Part shown: one piece after another, positions 26,150-35,677 of the stretch
How the letters are laid out: the number at the start of each line of letters is the position of its first letter
How positions within the stretch are numbered: position 1 is the stretch's first letter
Assembly: GCA_964572855.1 (NCBI GenBank)
Contig: CAZNGF010000004.1
Coordinates: 3,497-67,496 of the forward strand
DNA from: an uncultured Thermotogae bacterium
GTDB lineage: Bacteria > Bipolaricaulota > Bipolaricaulia > RBG-16-55-9 > JAJCYT01
Direction: 5' to 3'
DNA: 64,000 nt
Program-made: the position numbers and the translations under genes
The notes under the pieces: generated by a model
Database searches by the model: none
What the model saw: only the letters and a program-made list of their open reading frames with translations
Told to the model about the DNA's origin: nothing

Positions 26150-26764
26150 TTACGGCTTCTGCGGTTCCCAAAGGTTTTGCAGTTTGGAACGCATGGACCG
26201 CGGCAAGAGGTCCCGAGGAAAGACGAACTCAGCAAAGATGATGCTGGCGACGATCCAGGTCGAGAACCCCTCTATCAGCGTGAACCATGGGGCGTGGCTT
26301 GTCGAGGCCGCGACGGGGGTTTCAAGCAGCAAGTTGACGTGGTAGAGGCCGACGAAAGCGGCGAAGTAGTGTCGGTATTCCCCCGCACGCACAAAACGCA
26401 AGAGCTGAACCACGATGATGAGCAGAAGCACTGCCAAAAGCGCCTTGATCCAATCCGGTCGCCGCATGACGTGATCCCACTGGTGTAGGACAAGGGCGGT
26501 GGGGATCGGCAAGTAGAACACGTACAACCTGCGAAACGCGCGGGGCGGCTTCTGCCACTTCCACACGCTCCAGCGGGTGAACGCGGTCAAAAAGAAGGCT
26601 GCCGCATAGAGGGGCAGAAGCCCAGACAAACCTTGAGGAAACGCCGACGAAATCCAGAGGAGCAGGAGCCCGAGCAAAAACCACGGCAGGGCGAACGTCC
26701 AGCGCCAACGCTCGGGGACGAGCGGTTTTCCCTGCACGAGGTTTTCCCAGAATTGATCGGACAT
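26150..26764 (-). CDS. hypothetical integral membrane protein
   Basis: 204 aa from MSDQF; five hydrophobic segments; lower GC. Confidence 0.45.
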   Translation of the reverse strand: MSDQFWENLVQGKPLVPERWRWTFALPWFLLGLLLLWISSAFPQGLSGLLPLYAAAFFLTAFTRWSVWKWQKPPRAFRRLYVFYLPIPTALVLHQWDHVMRRPDWIKALLAVLLLIIVVQLLRFVRAGEYRHYFAAFVGLYHVNLLLETPVAASTSHAPWFTLIEGFSTWIVASIIFAEFVFPRDLLPRSMRSKLQNLWEPQKP

Positions 26765-26943
26765 GTCAGCGCCCCCCATCGGTGTGGGTAAACGAATTCC
26801 TCCCTTGCAGTATTCTCTATCGTGTGTCAGTCAAGTGCAAGAGGAAGTTCCACCTGGGGGCATGGCGCGCCCATTCTTTAGGCGCGTACCGGAACACCTC
26901 CGCAGCGGGTCGCCGAAGGCCGCCGCGATGCGGGGGAAAGGAA

Positions 26944-26967
26944 CCCCCCGGCCGCGCGGCCGGGGGG
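26944..26967 (-). terminator. Rho-independent terminator of hsp20 (CCCCCCGGCC-GCGC-GGCCGGGGGG)
   Basis: 10-bp GC stem immediately 3' of hsp20 stop, followed on minus strand by TTCCTTTCC. Confidence 0.55.
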
Positions 26968-26982
26968 TCGTGGTTGCGTCGA

Positions 26983-27450
26983 TTAGCTGACCTGGATGTC
27001 GATGGCCTGCGGTTTGACGTGCTCCTTGAGCGGGAGGCTGACCCGCAGGATGCCGTTTTCGAACTTGGCCTTGATCTTCTTGGAATCGGGCTCGACGTGG
27101 CCCTCCGGCAGGCGGAAGGCCCGCTGGAACTGGCCGTAGCGCCGGCCCATGGACAGGTACTGGTTCTCGTCCACCTGCTCGTTGCGCTTGATCTCGCCGC
27201 TCACGATCAGGTGGTTGTCCTCCAGGCGCACCTTGATCTCGTCGCGGGTCACGCCCGGCATCTCGACCTCGTAGACCAGGTTGTCGCCGTCCTCGTAGAC
27301 GTCGACGCCGCTGTAGGGCGTGAGCGTGCGGAACGGCGTCGCGCTCAGGCGGTCCAGGTCGCCGAACAGCTCGTCGAACCAGCTGTCGAACACGTTGCGG
27401 CGGTTGGCGGGGGCCGCGTTGGGGTTGCGTCTCAGGGTCAACATGGTCAT
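26983..27450 (-). CDS. Hsp20/alpha-crystallin family small heat-shock protein
   Basis: 155 aa from MTMLTL with AAGGAGG SD; ACD blocks (VDVYEDGDNLVYEVEMPGV, AKFENGILRVSLP). Confidence 0.9.
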   Translation of the reverse strand: MTMLTLRRNPNAAPANRRNVFDSWFDELFGDLDRLSATPFRTLTPYSGVDVYEDGDNLVYEVEMPGVTRDEIKVRLEDNHLIVSGEIKRNEQVDENQYLSMGRRYGQFQRAFRLPEGHVEPDSKKIKAKFENGILRVSLPLKEHVKPQAIDIQVS

Positions 27451-27476
27451 GATCCCTCCTTGGTTTGGATCCATTT

Positions 27477-27541
27477 CTAGCAGAGTATTGTTTAGACTGC
27501 TAAGCTACCCACACTATACCGCGGGCGGCCGGGGTTGTCAA
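27477..27541 (-). promoter_or_regulatory. hsp20 promoter TTGACA-17-TATAGT plus inverted repeat TTAGCAGTC-N9-CTCTGCTAG (CIRCE-like) in the 5' UTR
   Basis: consensus hexamers at ~27536-41 and ~27513-18 (minus strand); left arm matches CIRCE TTAGCACTC 8/9. Confidence 0.5.
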
Positions 27542-27685
27542 GGGGGTGCGGGGCGATTCCCGAAAGCGGTGATCCTGGCCTTTGGATACGGGAATGCGCC
27601 GTCAAGGCGGTGTGGGAGTTAGCAAAGAGATAGTGGAAATGCTAGTTTTTCAGGTCCGTGCTTTGGAGGCTCGTCTGTAGGCGAA

Positions 27686-27715
27686 CGTAGGGGCGCAGCA
27701 TGCTGTGCCCCTACG
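27686..27715. repeat. GC-rich hairpin CGTAGGGGCGC...GCCCCTACG (REP-like family member; probable ppdK terminator)
   Basis: 9-bp stem with GTAGGGGC arms 30 nt 3' of ppdK stop. Confidence 0.45.
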
Positions 27716-27743
27716 AGACGACGAGACGGGATTCGGTCCCGAC

Positions 27744-30407
27744 TTAGACGTCGTGTACCCCGCCCTCGAGCGCGGCCTGGGCGGCGGCCAGGCGGGCGAC
27801 GGGGACGCGGAAGGGCGAGCAACTCACGTAGTCGAGTCCGAGCTGGTGGCAGAGGTGGATCGAGGCCGGGTCGCCGCCGTGCTCGCCGCAGATGCCCAGC
27901 TCGATGTCGGGGCGCGTCTTGCGCCCGCGCTCGACCGCGATGCGCATCAAATCACCCACGCCGCGGGCGTCCAGCGAGCGGAACGGGTCGGCGAACACGC
28001 CCGTTTGCTCGTAGTAGCGCAAAAACTTCTCCTCGGCGTCGTCGCGGCTGATGCCGTAGGTCGTCTGGGTGAGGTCGTTGGTCCCGAAGGAGAAGAACTC
28101 GGCCCGCTCGGCCAGCTCGTCGGCCACCAGGCAGGCGCGCGGCAGCTCGATCATCGTGCCCCACAGGTACTTGACCCGGCCGCCGCAGTCGTCCATGACC
28201 TCGTCGGCCACGGCCTCGAGCCGGTCGCACACCCGGTTCAGCTCGCCGGCGTCCGACACGAGCGGGATCATGATCTCGGGCCGGGGGTCGAGGCCCTCCT
28301 GGCTCAACTCGCAGGCCGCGGTCATGAGCGCGCGCACCTGCATCTCGACGATCTCGGGGTAGCGCAGCCCCAGCCGCACGCCGCGCAGGCCCAGCATCGG
28401 GTTGGCCTCGCGCAGTTCGCCCACGGTCTCGAGCATCGTCTCCTTCTCGGCCAGCACCTCCGGGTCGTCGCCCTTGGCCCGCAGCTCGGCCACCTCGGCC
28501 AGCAGGTCCTCGTAGCGCGGCAGAAACTCGTGCAGCGGCGGGTCGATGAGCCGCACGATCACGGGCAGGCCGCTCATCTCGCGCAATAACCCCTTGAAGT
28601 CCTCCTTCTGGAACGGGAGCAGCTGGTCGAGCGCGGCTTTGCGCTCCTCGGTCGAGCGCGACAGGATCATTTTCTGCACGATCGGCAGGCGTTCGGACTC
28701 GAAGAACATGTGCTCGGTGCGGCAGAGCCCGATGCCCTCGGCGCCGAAGGCGTGGGCCCGCCGGGCGTCGCGCGGGTAGTCCGCGTTGGCCCGCACGCCC
28801 AGCGTGCGGAACTCGTCCGCCCACTCCAACAGGCGCGCGAACTCGGCCTCGTCCTCCAGCTTCGGCGTCTGGGTGGGCAGCCCGCCCAGGTAGACCCGGC
28901 CCGTGGTCCCGTCCAGCGAGATGACGTCGCCCTCGCCCACGGTCTGCCCGTCGGCCGTGAAGCGCTTGGCCTTGAGGTCGATGTGCAGGTCCTCGCAGCC
29001 CACCACGGCCGGGATCCCCAGGCCGCGCGAGACCACGGCCGCGTGCGAGGTCATGCCGCCGCGCTGGGTCAGGATGCCCTGCGACTGCAGGAAGCCGTGC
29101 ACGTCGTCGGGCGTGGTCTCGGGGCGCACCAGGATGACGGCCTCGCCGGCCTTGCCGCGCGCCTCGGCGGTGTCGGCGTCGAAGACGGCCTGGCCCACGG
29201 CCGCGCCGGGCGAGGCGTTCAGGCCCTCGGCCAGCAGCTCGGCTCCGGAGAGCGCCTCGGAATCAAAGCGCGGGTGTAGCAGCCGTTCGACCTGTTGGGG
29301 ATCGACCTGGAGCACGGCCTCCTCGCGCGTGATGAGCCCCTCGTCGGCCATCTCGACCGCGACCTTCATGGCCGCCTTGCTGGTGCGCTTGCCCTTGCGG
29401 GTCTGCAGCATCCAGAGCGTGCCGTGTTGGATCGTGAACTCGACGTCCTGCATGTCGTGGTAGTGGTCCTCGAGCTTGGCGGCGATCTCGAGCAACTGGT
29501 CGTAGGCTTCCGGAAAATCCTCTCTCAGCTTCTGGATCGGCTGGGGCGTGCGGCTGCCCGAGACCACGTCCTCGCCCTGGGCGTTGACCAGGTACTCGCC
29601 GTAAAAGACCTTTTCGCCCGTGGCCGGGTTGCGCGTGAAGGCCACGCCGCTGGCCGATTTCTCCCCCAGGTTGCCAAACACCATGGCCTGGACGTTGACC
29701 CCGGTGCCCAGGTCGTGCGGGATGCCGTGGTGGACGCGGTAGTCGGTGGCGCGTTTGGTGTTCCAGGACTTGAACACGGCCTCGATCGAGCGCCGCAGTT
29801 GCTCCTCCGGGTCCTGGGGGAACGCCTCGCCCGCTTCCCGTGCGACGATGGCCTTGAACGTCTCGACCACGCCCTTGAGCGCCTCGGCCGAGAGCTCGGC
29901 GTCCGAGCCGACGCCCTCGCGCGCGCGCGCCGCCGAGAGCGCCTCCTCGAAGCGCTCTCCCTCCACGCCCAGCACGACGTCGCCGAACATCTGGATCAGC
30001 CGGCGGTAGGCGTCGAAGGCGAAGTGCTCGTCGTCCGACTGGGCGATGAGGCCACGGACGGTCTCGTCGTTCAGGCCCAGGTCGAGCACGGTGTCCATCA
30101 TGCCGGGCATCGACATGCGCGCGCCCGAGCGCACCGAGAGCAACAGCGGGTTCTCGACGTCGCCGAAGCGCTTGCCCAGCGCCTCCTCGACCCCGGCCAG
30201 CGCCGCGCGCGTCTGGTCCCAGAGCCCCTCGGGAAAGCCCTCGCCCCCCTCGTAGTAGGCGATGCACGCCTCGGTCGTGATCGTGAAGCCCGGCGGGACG
30301 GGCAGCCCGATGCGGGTCATCTCGGCCAGCCCCGCCCCCTTGCCGCCCAGCAGGTCGCGCTGGGCTTCCGAGCCCTGTTCGAACCGATACACCCACTGCT
30401 TGCTCAT
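27744..30407 (-). CDS. ppdK: pyruvate, phosphate dikinase
   Basis: about 887 aa from MSKQWVYRFEQG with GGAGGACGG SD; PEP-utilizing blocks (GGMTSHAAVVSRGLGIP, GICGEHGGDP); 5' 636 nt of listed ORF is spurious. Confidence 0.9.
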   Translation of the reverse strand: MSKQWVYRFEQGSEAQRDLLGGKGAGLAEMTRIGLPVPPGFTITTEACIAYYEGGEGFPEGLWDQTRAALAGVEEALGKRFGDVENPLLLSVRSGARMSMPGMMDTVLDLGLNDETVRGLIAQSDDEHFAFDAYRRLIQMFGDVVLGVEGERFEEALSAARAREGVGSDAELSAEALKGVVETFKAIVAREAGEAFPQDPEEQLRRSIEAVFKSWNTKRATDYRVHHGIPHDLGTGVNVQAMVFGNLGEKSASGVAFTRNPATGEKVFYGEYLVNAQGEDVVSGSRTPQPIQKLREDFPEAYDQLLEIAAKLEDHYHDMQDVEFTIQHGTLWMLQTRKGKRTSKAAMKVAVEMADEGLITREEAVLQVDPQQVERLLHPRFDSEALSGAELLAEGLNASPGAAVGQAVFDADTAEARGKAGEAVILVRPETTPDDVHGFLQSQGILTQRGGMTSHAAVVSRGLGIPAVVGCEDLHIDLKAKRFTADGQTVGEGDVISLDGTTGRVYLGGLPTQTPKLEDEAEFARLLEWADEFRTLGVRANADYPRDARRAHAFGAEGIGLCRTEHMFFESERLPIVQKMILSRSTEERKAALDQLLPFQKEDFKGLLREMSGLPVIVRLIDPPLHEFLPRYEDLLAEVAELRAKGDDPEVLAEKETMLETVGELREANPMLGLRGVRLGLRYPEIVEMQVRALMTAACELSQEGLDPRPEIMIPLVSDAGELNRVCDRLEAVADEVMDDCGGRVKYLWGTMIELPRACLVADELAERAEFFSFGTNDLTQTTYGISRDDAEEKFLRYYEQTGVFADPFRSLDARGVGDLMRIAVERGRKTRPDIELGICGEHGGDPASIHLCHQLGLDYVSCSPFRVPVARLAAAQAALEGGVHDV

Positions 30408-30633
30408 CCGTCCTCCTTGATCGATTGGACGTCGGGGGAGGCGCGCGCAGCCCGAGACCGCACCGTCGCCGACGGCGCGCTCGAGGCTGCGAGGGACATA
30501 CGCCACGCGCGGCTTTCCGTTTCGAATGCGAACCAAAGCCGTGCTCCCACGATACAGGCCGGGTGGGGGAAGGAAATGATGGAGGTCAACTTCGGGGTTG
30601 ATCTGAATCAGGTGGCCCGGAGCGCGGGCGCGC

Positions 30634-31707
30634 TCAGCGGCGCAGGGCCACGGCGACGCCGTCCCGCAGCGGGACGAACAGCGTCTCCAGGTCGGGGTGG
30701 GCCTGCAAGTAGCGGTTGTAGGCTTGGATCGCGCTTGTCGTCTCGTCGGGGTCGTCGTCCAGCACGCGCCCGCCCCAGAGCAGGTTGTCGACCAGCAGCG
30801 CCGCGCCCGCGGGCATGAGCGGGAGGACGAGCTCGGTGAGCGCTTGGTACTGGCGCTTGTCGGCGTCGAGGAAGACGAGGTCGAACGGCCCCTCGAGCGT
30901 GCGCACGACCTCGAGCGCGTCGCCCACGCGCACCTCGACCCGGTCCAGGGCGCCGGCCGACTCCAGGTTGCGCCGCGCGCCCTCGGCCGCCAGCGGGTCG
31001 AGCTCGATCGAGGTGAGCTGGGCGCCCCACCGGGACGTGGCACGCGCCAGCCAGATCGCCGAGTACCCGATGGCCGTGCCCACCTCCAGCATCCGTTGCG
31101 GCCGGGCGAGTTTGGCGATCGTGTGGAGTAACAGGCCGCCGTGCGGCCCGATGATGGGGACGTCGCCCGCTTCGGCGTCGCGCTCCAGCCGCATGAGCAG
31201 CGCGTCGCGCTCCGGCAGCAAATCGTCCAGGTAGGCCGCGATCGCGGGCGCGGTGATGGCGGGCCGGGCGGCCGATGCGTCCTTGGCGCGCTCGGGCGGG
31301 TGCGAGCCGACGTAGGCGGCGTAGTCGCCCGAGGGGATGACCTCCAGCTCGGACGGGTCGAGGTTGTAGAGGTAGGTCCAGGCCTCGATCGGCTCGCCGC
31401 CCTCGGGCGTGGCGCGCACGGTGGCGCGCACGTACTCGGTGGGCGGCGGGTCGTTGGGCCCGCAGCGCTCGTAGGGGTCCAGGACGCCGAAAGCGTGCTC
31501 CGGGTTGTCGAGCGCGTAGAGCTCGCCGGTGACGCGGTCGTCGGGGTCGTCGGAACGGATCAGCGCCGGGTAGAGCCCGACGTCCAGCAGCTTGCCGCGC
31601 ACGGTCGCCGTCCCCAGGAACGAAGCGCACTCGTCCAGCAGGCTGCGCATGGGCACGCCCAACTCCCGGCGCAGCGTGCCGTAGACGAACAAGAACTCGC
31701 GGCTCAT
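30634..31707 (-). CDS. fusion protein: N-terminal gamma-glutamylcyclotransferase (AIG2/GGCT-like) domain + C-terminal class I SAM-dependent O-methyltransferase (family 3, caffeoyl-CoA OMT-like)
   Basis: 357 aa from MSREFLFVYGTLRR with GGGAGGGAG SD; FVYGTLR and GELY motifs; LEVGTAIGYSAIWLA and VFLDADKRQY methyltransferase motifs. Confidence 0.7.
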   Translation of the reverse strand: MSREFLFVYGTLRRELGVPMRSLLDECASFLGTATVRGKLLDVGLYPALIRSDDPDDRVTGELYALDNPEHAFGVLDPYERCGPNDPPPTEYVRATVRATPEGGEPIEAWTYLYNLDPSELEVIPSGDYAAYVGSHPPERAKDASAARPAITAPAIAAYLDDLLPERDALLMRLERDAEAGDVPIIGPHGGLLLHTIAKLARPQRMLEVGTAIGYSAIWLARATSRWGAQLTSIELDPLAAEGARRNLESAGALDRVEVRVGDALEVVRTLEGPFDLVFLDADKRQYQALTELVLPLMPAGAALLVDNLLWGGRVLDDDPDETTSAIQAYNRYLQAHPDLETLFVPLRDGVAVALRR

Positions 31708-31930
31708 GGCTCCCTCCCTCGCGACGTCGAGCTGGACGGGCCCAATGTAACAGGCACGGCACGCGGGCGGCAAGGGAAGCCCCTCCCCGTACCCTGAGCG
31801 CGGGGAGGGGGTGCACGTCGAAGTGTGTCAATTCGTCCAAGCCGCTAGGGGGGAGGCCCCCGACCTCCCCCGGAAACGTCCGGCGGGGCAGCCACGGAGG
31901 GCTGCCCCGACAGAACGCGGTGGCCGTGTG

Positions 31931-32800
31931 CTACCGCAGCGACAGCACGAACGGCGTCGTCCCGCCGCCCAGCTTGAGCGTGAGCACGAGGAAGACGTTG
32001 CCCGGCACGGGCCCGCCGCCGATGGTGGTGGCCGGAGCCAGCGCGCCGGCGCGGTCGCAGAACACCGTCAGGCCCGTGCCCGGTGGCAGCGAGAGGCAGA
32101 AGCCGCCGACGTCGCTCACGACCAGCAGGATGAGCGGGTTTGAAGGCTGGTCCCACACCACGGCGCTGCTGAGCTGGCCGGCCGGCGTCGAGACGAACGT
32201 CCCGCGCGCGGTCAGGCCCGGCCCCAGCGCGGCCGTGATCAGCAGGTCGTCGGCGCCGGCCACCTTGGGCTGGGCCTGGCTGCCCTGCACCGTGGTTTGA
32301 AACCCGTTGAGCTGGAGGCGCTGCAGCACCTGGTTGGGCGTCATGCCCTGCGAGATCCCGCCCAGCTCGGGCGGCACCTGCGGCCCCTGGCCGCTGCCGC
32401 CGGGCGAGCTGGGCTCGTCGATCCCCTGGCCCGCAACCCGCGCGCGGATCACGCCGCAGGCGTACTGCGTGGTCGTGCCCATCTCGGCCGTGACGTCCAG
32501 CGCGCTCTGGCGCGGCAGCGTCCCCCGGATGTTGACCGCCGTGGGCTGTTCGTTCAGCTCGAACTCGAACGTCTGCGTATCACCGGGGCCGATCTGGGCC
32601 GGCGGCACGCGCAGGTTCACCGAGATCGACTGCTGGTTGCGCAGGAAGATGAACTGGGCGATCTGGACGTTGCCGTCGCAGCCCGAGTTGTTCACCTCGA
32701 CCGTCACCGGCACCGCGCTCTGCTGCGTCAGCGCGCTCCCGGCGGTCAAAACCACCGACAGCGCCGTCAACAGCGCGATTAACGTCATGCGTTTTCGCAA
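31931..32800 (-). CDS. secreted hypothetical protein
   Basis: signal peptide MRKRMTLIALLTALSVVLTAGSA; no recognised domain. Confidence 0.5.
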   Translation of the reverse strand: MRKRMTLIALLTALSVVLTAGSALTQQSAVPVTVEVNNSGCDGNVQIAQFIFLRNQQSISVNLRVPPAQIGPGDTQTFEFELNEQPTAVNIRGTLPRQSALDVTAEMGTTTQYACGVIRARVAGQGIDEPSSPGGSGQGPQVPPELGGISQGMTPNQVLQRLQLNGFQTTVQGSQAQPKVAGADDLLITAALGPGLTARGTFVSTPAGQLSSAVVWDQPSNPLILLVVSDVGGFCLSLPPGTGLTVFCDRAGALAPATTIGGGPVPGNVFLVLTLKLGGGTTPFVLSLR

Positions 32801-32929
32801 AACGAAAACCCCCTTTGAGTTGATGTCGCTTTCAGCCTAAGGGAAAACGCCGGCCCCATCAAAAGACTTCGCGGCGCCAGGGCGCATTCGCGCGAGAAGA
32901 GGGCTTTTGGGCCCGCGGCGCCCCCCCGT

Positions 32930-32959
32930 TTGACGCGCGCTCCGGCGAGCAAGTACGCT
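32930..32959 (+). promoter_or_regulatory. putative rpiA promoter TTGACG-18-TACGCT
   Basis: hexamers ~32930 and ~32954. Confidence 0.35.
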
Positions 32960-33016
32960 GCAAGCGGAGGGAAACACCCGCTGGGGTCGAACGAGGCCCC
33001 CGGAAAGGACGAAGCC

Positions 33017-33706
33017 ATGACGCCCACCGACCTGAAGCGGATCGCGGGCGAGGCCGCGGCCGCGCGCGTGCAGAGCGGCCAGTTGCTGGGCCTGGGCACG
33101 GGCTCGACCGTGCGCTTCTTCCTGGAGGCGCTGGCCAAGCGCGTGGCGGCCGGGGAAGTGGCAGACGTGGTGGGCGTGCCCACCTCGGAGGCCACGGCCG
33201 AGAAGGCGCGCGCGCTCAAGCTCCCGCTCGCCTCGCTCGACGAGTGTCCCGAGCTCGATCTGTGCGTGGACGGCGCCGACGAGGTCGACCCCGTGTTGAA
33301 CCTGATCAAGGGGCTGGGCGGCGCGCTGCTGCGCGAGAAGATCGTGGCCGCCGCGAGCGCACGCTTCTGGGTGATCGTGGACGAGTCCAAGCGCGTGGAG
33401 GCGCTGGGCCAGAAAGCCCCGCTGCCGGTCGAGGTGCTGCCCTTCGGCTGGCGGCCCACCGCGCGCGCAATTGAGCGGCTCGGCGCCGAGGTCACCCTGC
33501 GCACCAAGCGCGGCGCGCCGGTGGTGACCGACCAGGACAACCTGCTGCTCGACTGCCGCTTCCCTTCCCTTGAAGACCCCCACGCCCTCGCTTGCGAGCT
33601 CGACGCCCTCCCCGGCGTGCTGGGCCACGGGCTTTTTTTGGGCATGGCCCACGGGGCCATCGTTGGCACCGGTGACGGGGCGCACGTCCTGACCCCGCGA
33701 ACGTAA
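33017..33706 (+). CDS. rpiA: ribose-5-phosphate isomerase A
   Basis: 229 aa from MTPTDLKR with GGAAAGGA SD; RpiA blocks (GLGTGST, DGADEVD, KGLGGALLREK). Confidence 0.9.
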   Translation: MTPTDLKRIAGEAAAARVQSGQLLGLGTGSTVRFFLEALAKRVAAGEVADVVGVPTSEATAEKARALKLPLASLDECPELDLCVDGADEVDPVLNLIKGLGGALLREKIVAAASARFWVIVDESKRVEALGQKAPLPVEVLPFGWRPTARAIERLGAEVTLRTKRGAPVVTDQDNLLLDCRFPSLEDPHALACELDALPGVLGHGLFLGMAHGAIVGTGDGAHVLTPRT

Positions 33707-33850
33707 CACGCGTTACGTTGGGGCGCGCGTGTCCGGTGCCCCGGACCACGTTGGCTTGCCGCCGCCTCACACACTTCCTGCCCGCACACAGTCCCGTTCC
33801 TTCCCGTTAGGGCGCGCGCCCCCTAGGCTGAGCACAGAAAGGGGGACGCC

Positions 33851-34483
33851 ATGCGCATGCTTTTCACCTTGGCGCTCGGTGCGGTGTTGCTGCTGGCCCC
33901 GTCGCCTGCGTCGACGACCGCGTCGTCGCGCGCGCTCGCGTTGCTGGGTGTGTTCCCCGAGATCGAGTTGAAAAAACCCCGCGTCGACCCTGAACCCAAG
34001 GCCGAGACCGCGCCGGTGACCCAGCGCGTCGCCGCCCGCCCGCCCGGCTGGCAGGGGCCGTTGCCGCCGCCCGAGGAAACCGTGGCCGTCGCCCCGCAGT
34101 CGCTGCGCCCCGTCGCGCCCGAGCCCGACCCGTTGATTCGGGACGGCAAGTACATCCACGTCGAGCTCAAGAGCGCGCAGATCGTCTCTATGGGCGACCC
34201 GATGAAGTTCGTGGCCACGCTGTTCAACGCCACGGACGCGCACTGGAACCTGGTGGCCGAGATCGTCGTGCGCAAGAGCGACGGCTCGCAGGAGACGCTG
34301 CTGCGGGGCTACCCGCTGCGCCTGGCCAGCGGGCGCCGGATGCGCGTGCCGCTGGGCCTCAAGGCCAAGGAACAGCGTTTCCCGCCGGGGGTCACCGAGT
34401 TCGTCGCCTTCCTGCGCGACCGGCAGGGCGAGCTGGTCGACCGCGCCTCGATCGCGTTCGTCGTGACCGTGCCGCTGCATTGA
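33851..34483 (+). CDS. secreted hypothetical protein (Pro-rich linker + beta-rich domain)
   Basis: signal peptide MRMLFTLALGAVLLLAPSPA; no recognised domain. Confidence 0.5.
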   Translation: MRMLFTLALGAVLLLAPSPASTTASSRALALLGVFPEIELKKPRVDPEPKAETAPVTQRVAARPPGWQGPLPPPEETVAVAPQSLRPVAPEPDPLIRDGKYIHVELKSAQIVSMGDPMKFVATLFNATDAHWNLVAEIVVRKSDGSQETLLRGYPLRLASGRRMRVPLGLKAKEQRFPPGVTEFVAFLRDRQGELVDRASIAFVVTVPLH

Positions 34484-34499
34484 GTTCCGCTGAAAACGA

Positions 34500-34546
34500 C
34501 CGGGGCCCCGGAGCGCGAGGGGGAGCGCTTCGGGGCCCCGTTTACA
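34500..34546 (+). terminator. Rho-independent terminator (16-bp stem CCGGGGCCCCGGAGCGC / GCGCTTCGGGGCCCCG, then TTT)
   Basis: immediately 3' of the 33851-34483 gene. Confidence 0.55.
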
Positions 34547-34556
34547 CGCCCCTCAC

Positions 34557-34586
34557 TTGCGCCAGCGCCGTAGGGCTCGGTATGCT
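34557..34586 (+). promoter_or_regulatory. putative mdh promoter TTGCGC-18-TATGCT
   Basis: hexamers ~34557 and ~34581; ~50-nt leader with GAGAGGAG SD. Confidence 0.4.
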
Positions 34587-34637
34587 GGGCGGGTCGTTCC
34601 ATTCTCAAGGGAAATTCACCGAGTCGAGAGGAGCGTT

Positions 34638-35570
34638 ATGCGCAAGAAAGTGACCGTCGTGGGCGCGGGGTTCGTGGGGGCGACCACGGCCCAGCGGCTG
34701 GCAGAGCGCGACAGCGCCGACGTCGTGCTGGTCGACATCCCGGACAAGGAGGGGCCCACCCAGGGCAAGGCGCTCGACATGACCGAGTCCGCGCCGCTGC
34801 TGGGCTTCGACGCGCGGATCACCGGGACGTCGGACTACGCCGACATCAAGGACTCCGACGTCGTGGTCGTGACCGCCGGCATCCCCAGGAAGCCCGGCAT
34901 GAGCCGCGAAGAGCTCATCGGGACCAACGCCAACATCGTCAAGAGCGTGAGCGAGCAGGTCAAAGCGCGCGCGCCTCGGTCGATCGTGATCATGGTCTCG
35001 AACCCGCTGGACGTGACCACGTACGTGGCCAGCCAGGTGACGGGCTTTCCCAAGGAGCGCGTGGTGGGCATGGCCGGCGTGCTGGACGCGGCCCGCTTCC
35101 GCAGCTTCATCGCCCTGGAGCTGGGCGTCTCGATGCGGGACGTGCACGCCATGGTGCTGGGCGGCCACGGCGACCAGATGGTCCCGCTGCCGCAGTACGC
35201 GACCGTGAGCGGCATCCCGATCACGGCGCTCATGGACGAGGCACAAATCGAGCGGTTGGTCGAGCGCACGCGCAAGGGCGGCGGCGAGATCGTCAACCTG
35301 CTGGGCGACGGCTCGGCCTACTACGCGCCCTCGGCTTCGGTGATCGAGATGGTCGATTCCATCCTGTTCGACCGCCGGCGCCTGCTGCCGTGCGCGGCCT
35401 ACCTCACGGGCCAGTACGGACTCGAGGACCTCTACATCGGCGTGCCGGCCTTTTTGGGCCCCAACGGCGTCGAGGAGATCCTGGAACTCGAGCTGAGCGA
35501 CGCCGAGCGCAAAGCCCTGCACGCCAGCGCCGAGCTGGTCAAACGGACCGTGGCCGAGGTGCAGCTCTAG
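34638..35570 (+). CDS. mdh: malate dehydrogenase, LDH-like (Ldh/Mdh family)
   Basis: 310 aa from MRKKVTVVGAGFVGA; NAD Rossmann motif, catalytic region (MVSNPLDV, GGHGDQMVP). Confidence 0.85.
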   Translation: MRKKVTVVGAGFVGATTAQRLAERDSADVVLVDIPDKEGPTQGKALDMTESAPLLGFDARITGTSDYADIKDSDVVVVTAGIPRKPGMSREELIGTNANIVKSVSEQVKARAPRSIVIMVSNPLDVTTYVASQVTGFPKERVVGMAGVLDAARFRSFIALELGVSMRDVHAMVLGGHGDQMVPLPQYATVSGIPITALMDEAQIERLVERTRKGGGEIVNLLGDGSAYYAPSASVIEMVDSILFDRRRLLPCAAYLTGQYGLEDLYIGVPAFLGPNGVEEILELELSDAERKALHASAELVKRTVAEVQL

Positions 35571-35582
35571 AAAACGCAACCC

Positions 35583-35646
35583 GTAGGGGCGCGATTGACC
35601 GCGCCCTCACTGGGCCCAACGGCAGGGGTTCAATGAATTGAACCCC
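35583..35646. repeat. two adjacent GC-rich palindromes 3' of mdh: GTAGGGGCGCG...GCGCCCTCAC and perfect GGGGTTCAATGAATTGAACCCC (followed by TACGGG)
   Basis: REP-like family arms; likely mdh terminator. Confidence 0.5.
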
Positions 35647-35677
35647 TACGGGCACCGTATGGTGAACGGAATTCCCG

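Noticed and set aside
30408-31043. N-terminal 212 residues of listed ORF 27744-31043 as part of ppdK
   Set aside because: PPDK homology begins at MSKQWVYRFEQG with a GGAGG site; the upstream part overlaps the GGCT-OMT gene region in a different frame.
35625-35650. tRNA-like T-arm (GGTTCAATGAATTGAACC)
   Set aside because: It is a perfect 22-bp palindrome with a 10-bp stem and no acceptor or anticodon arms. It belongs to the GC-rich terminator/REP hairpin family, not a tRNA.
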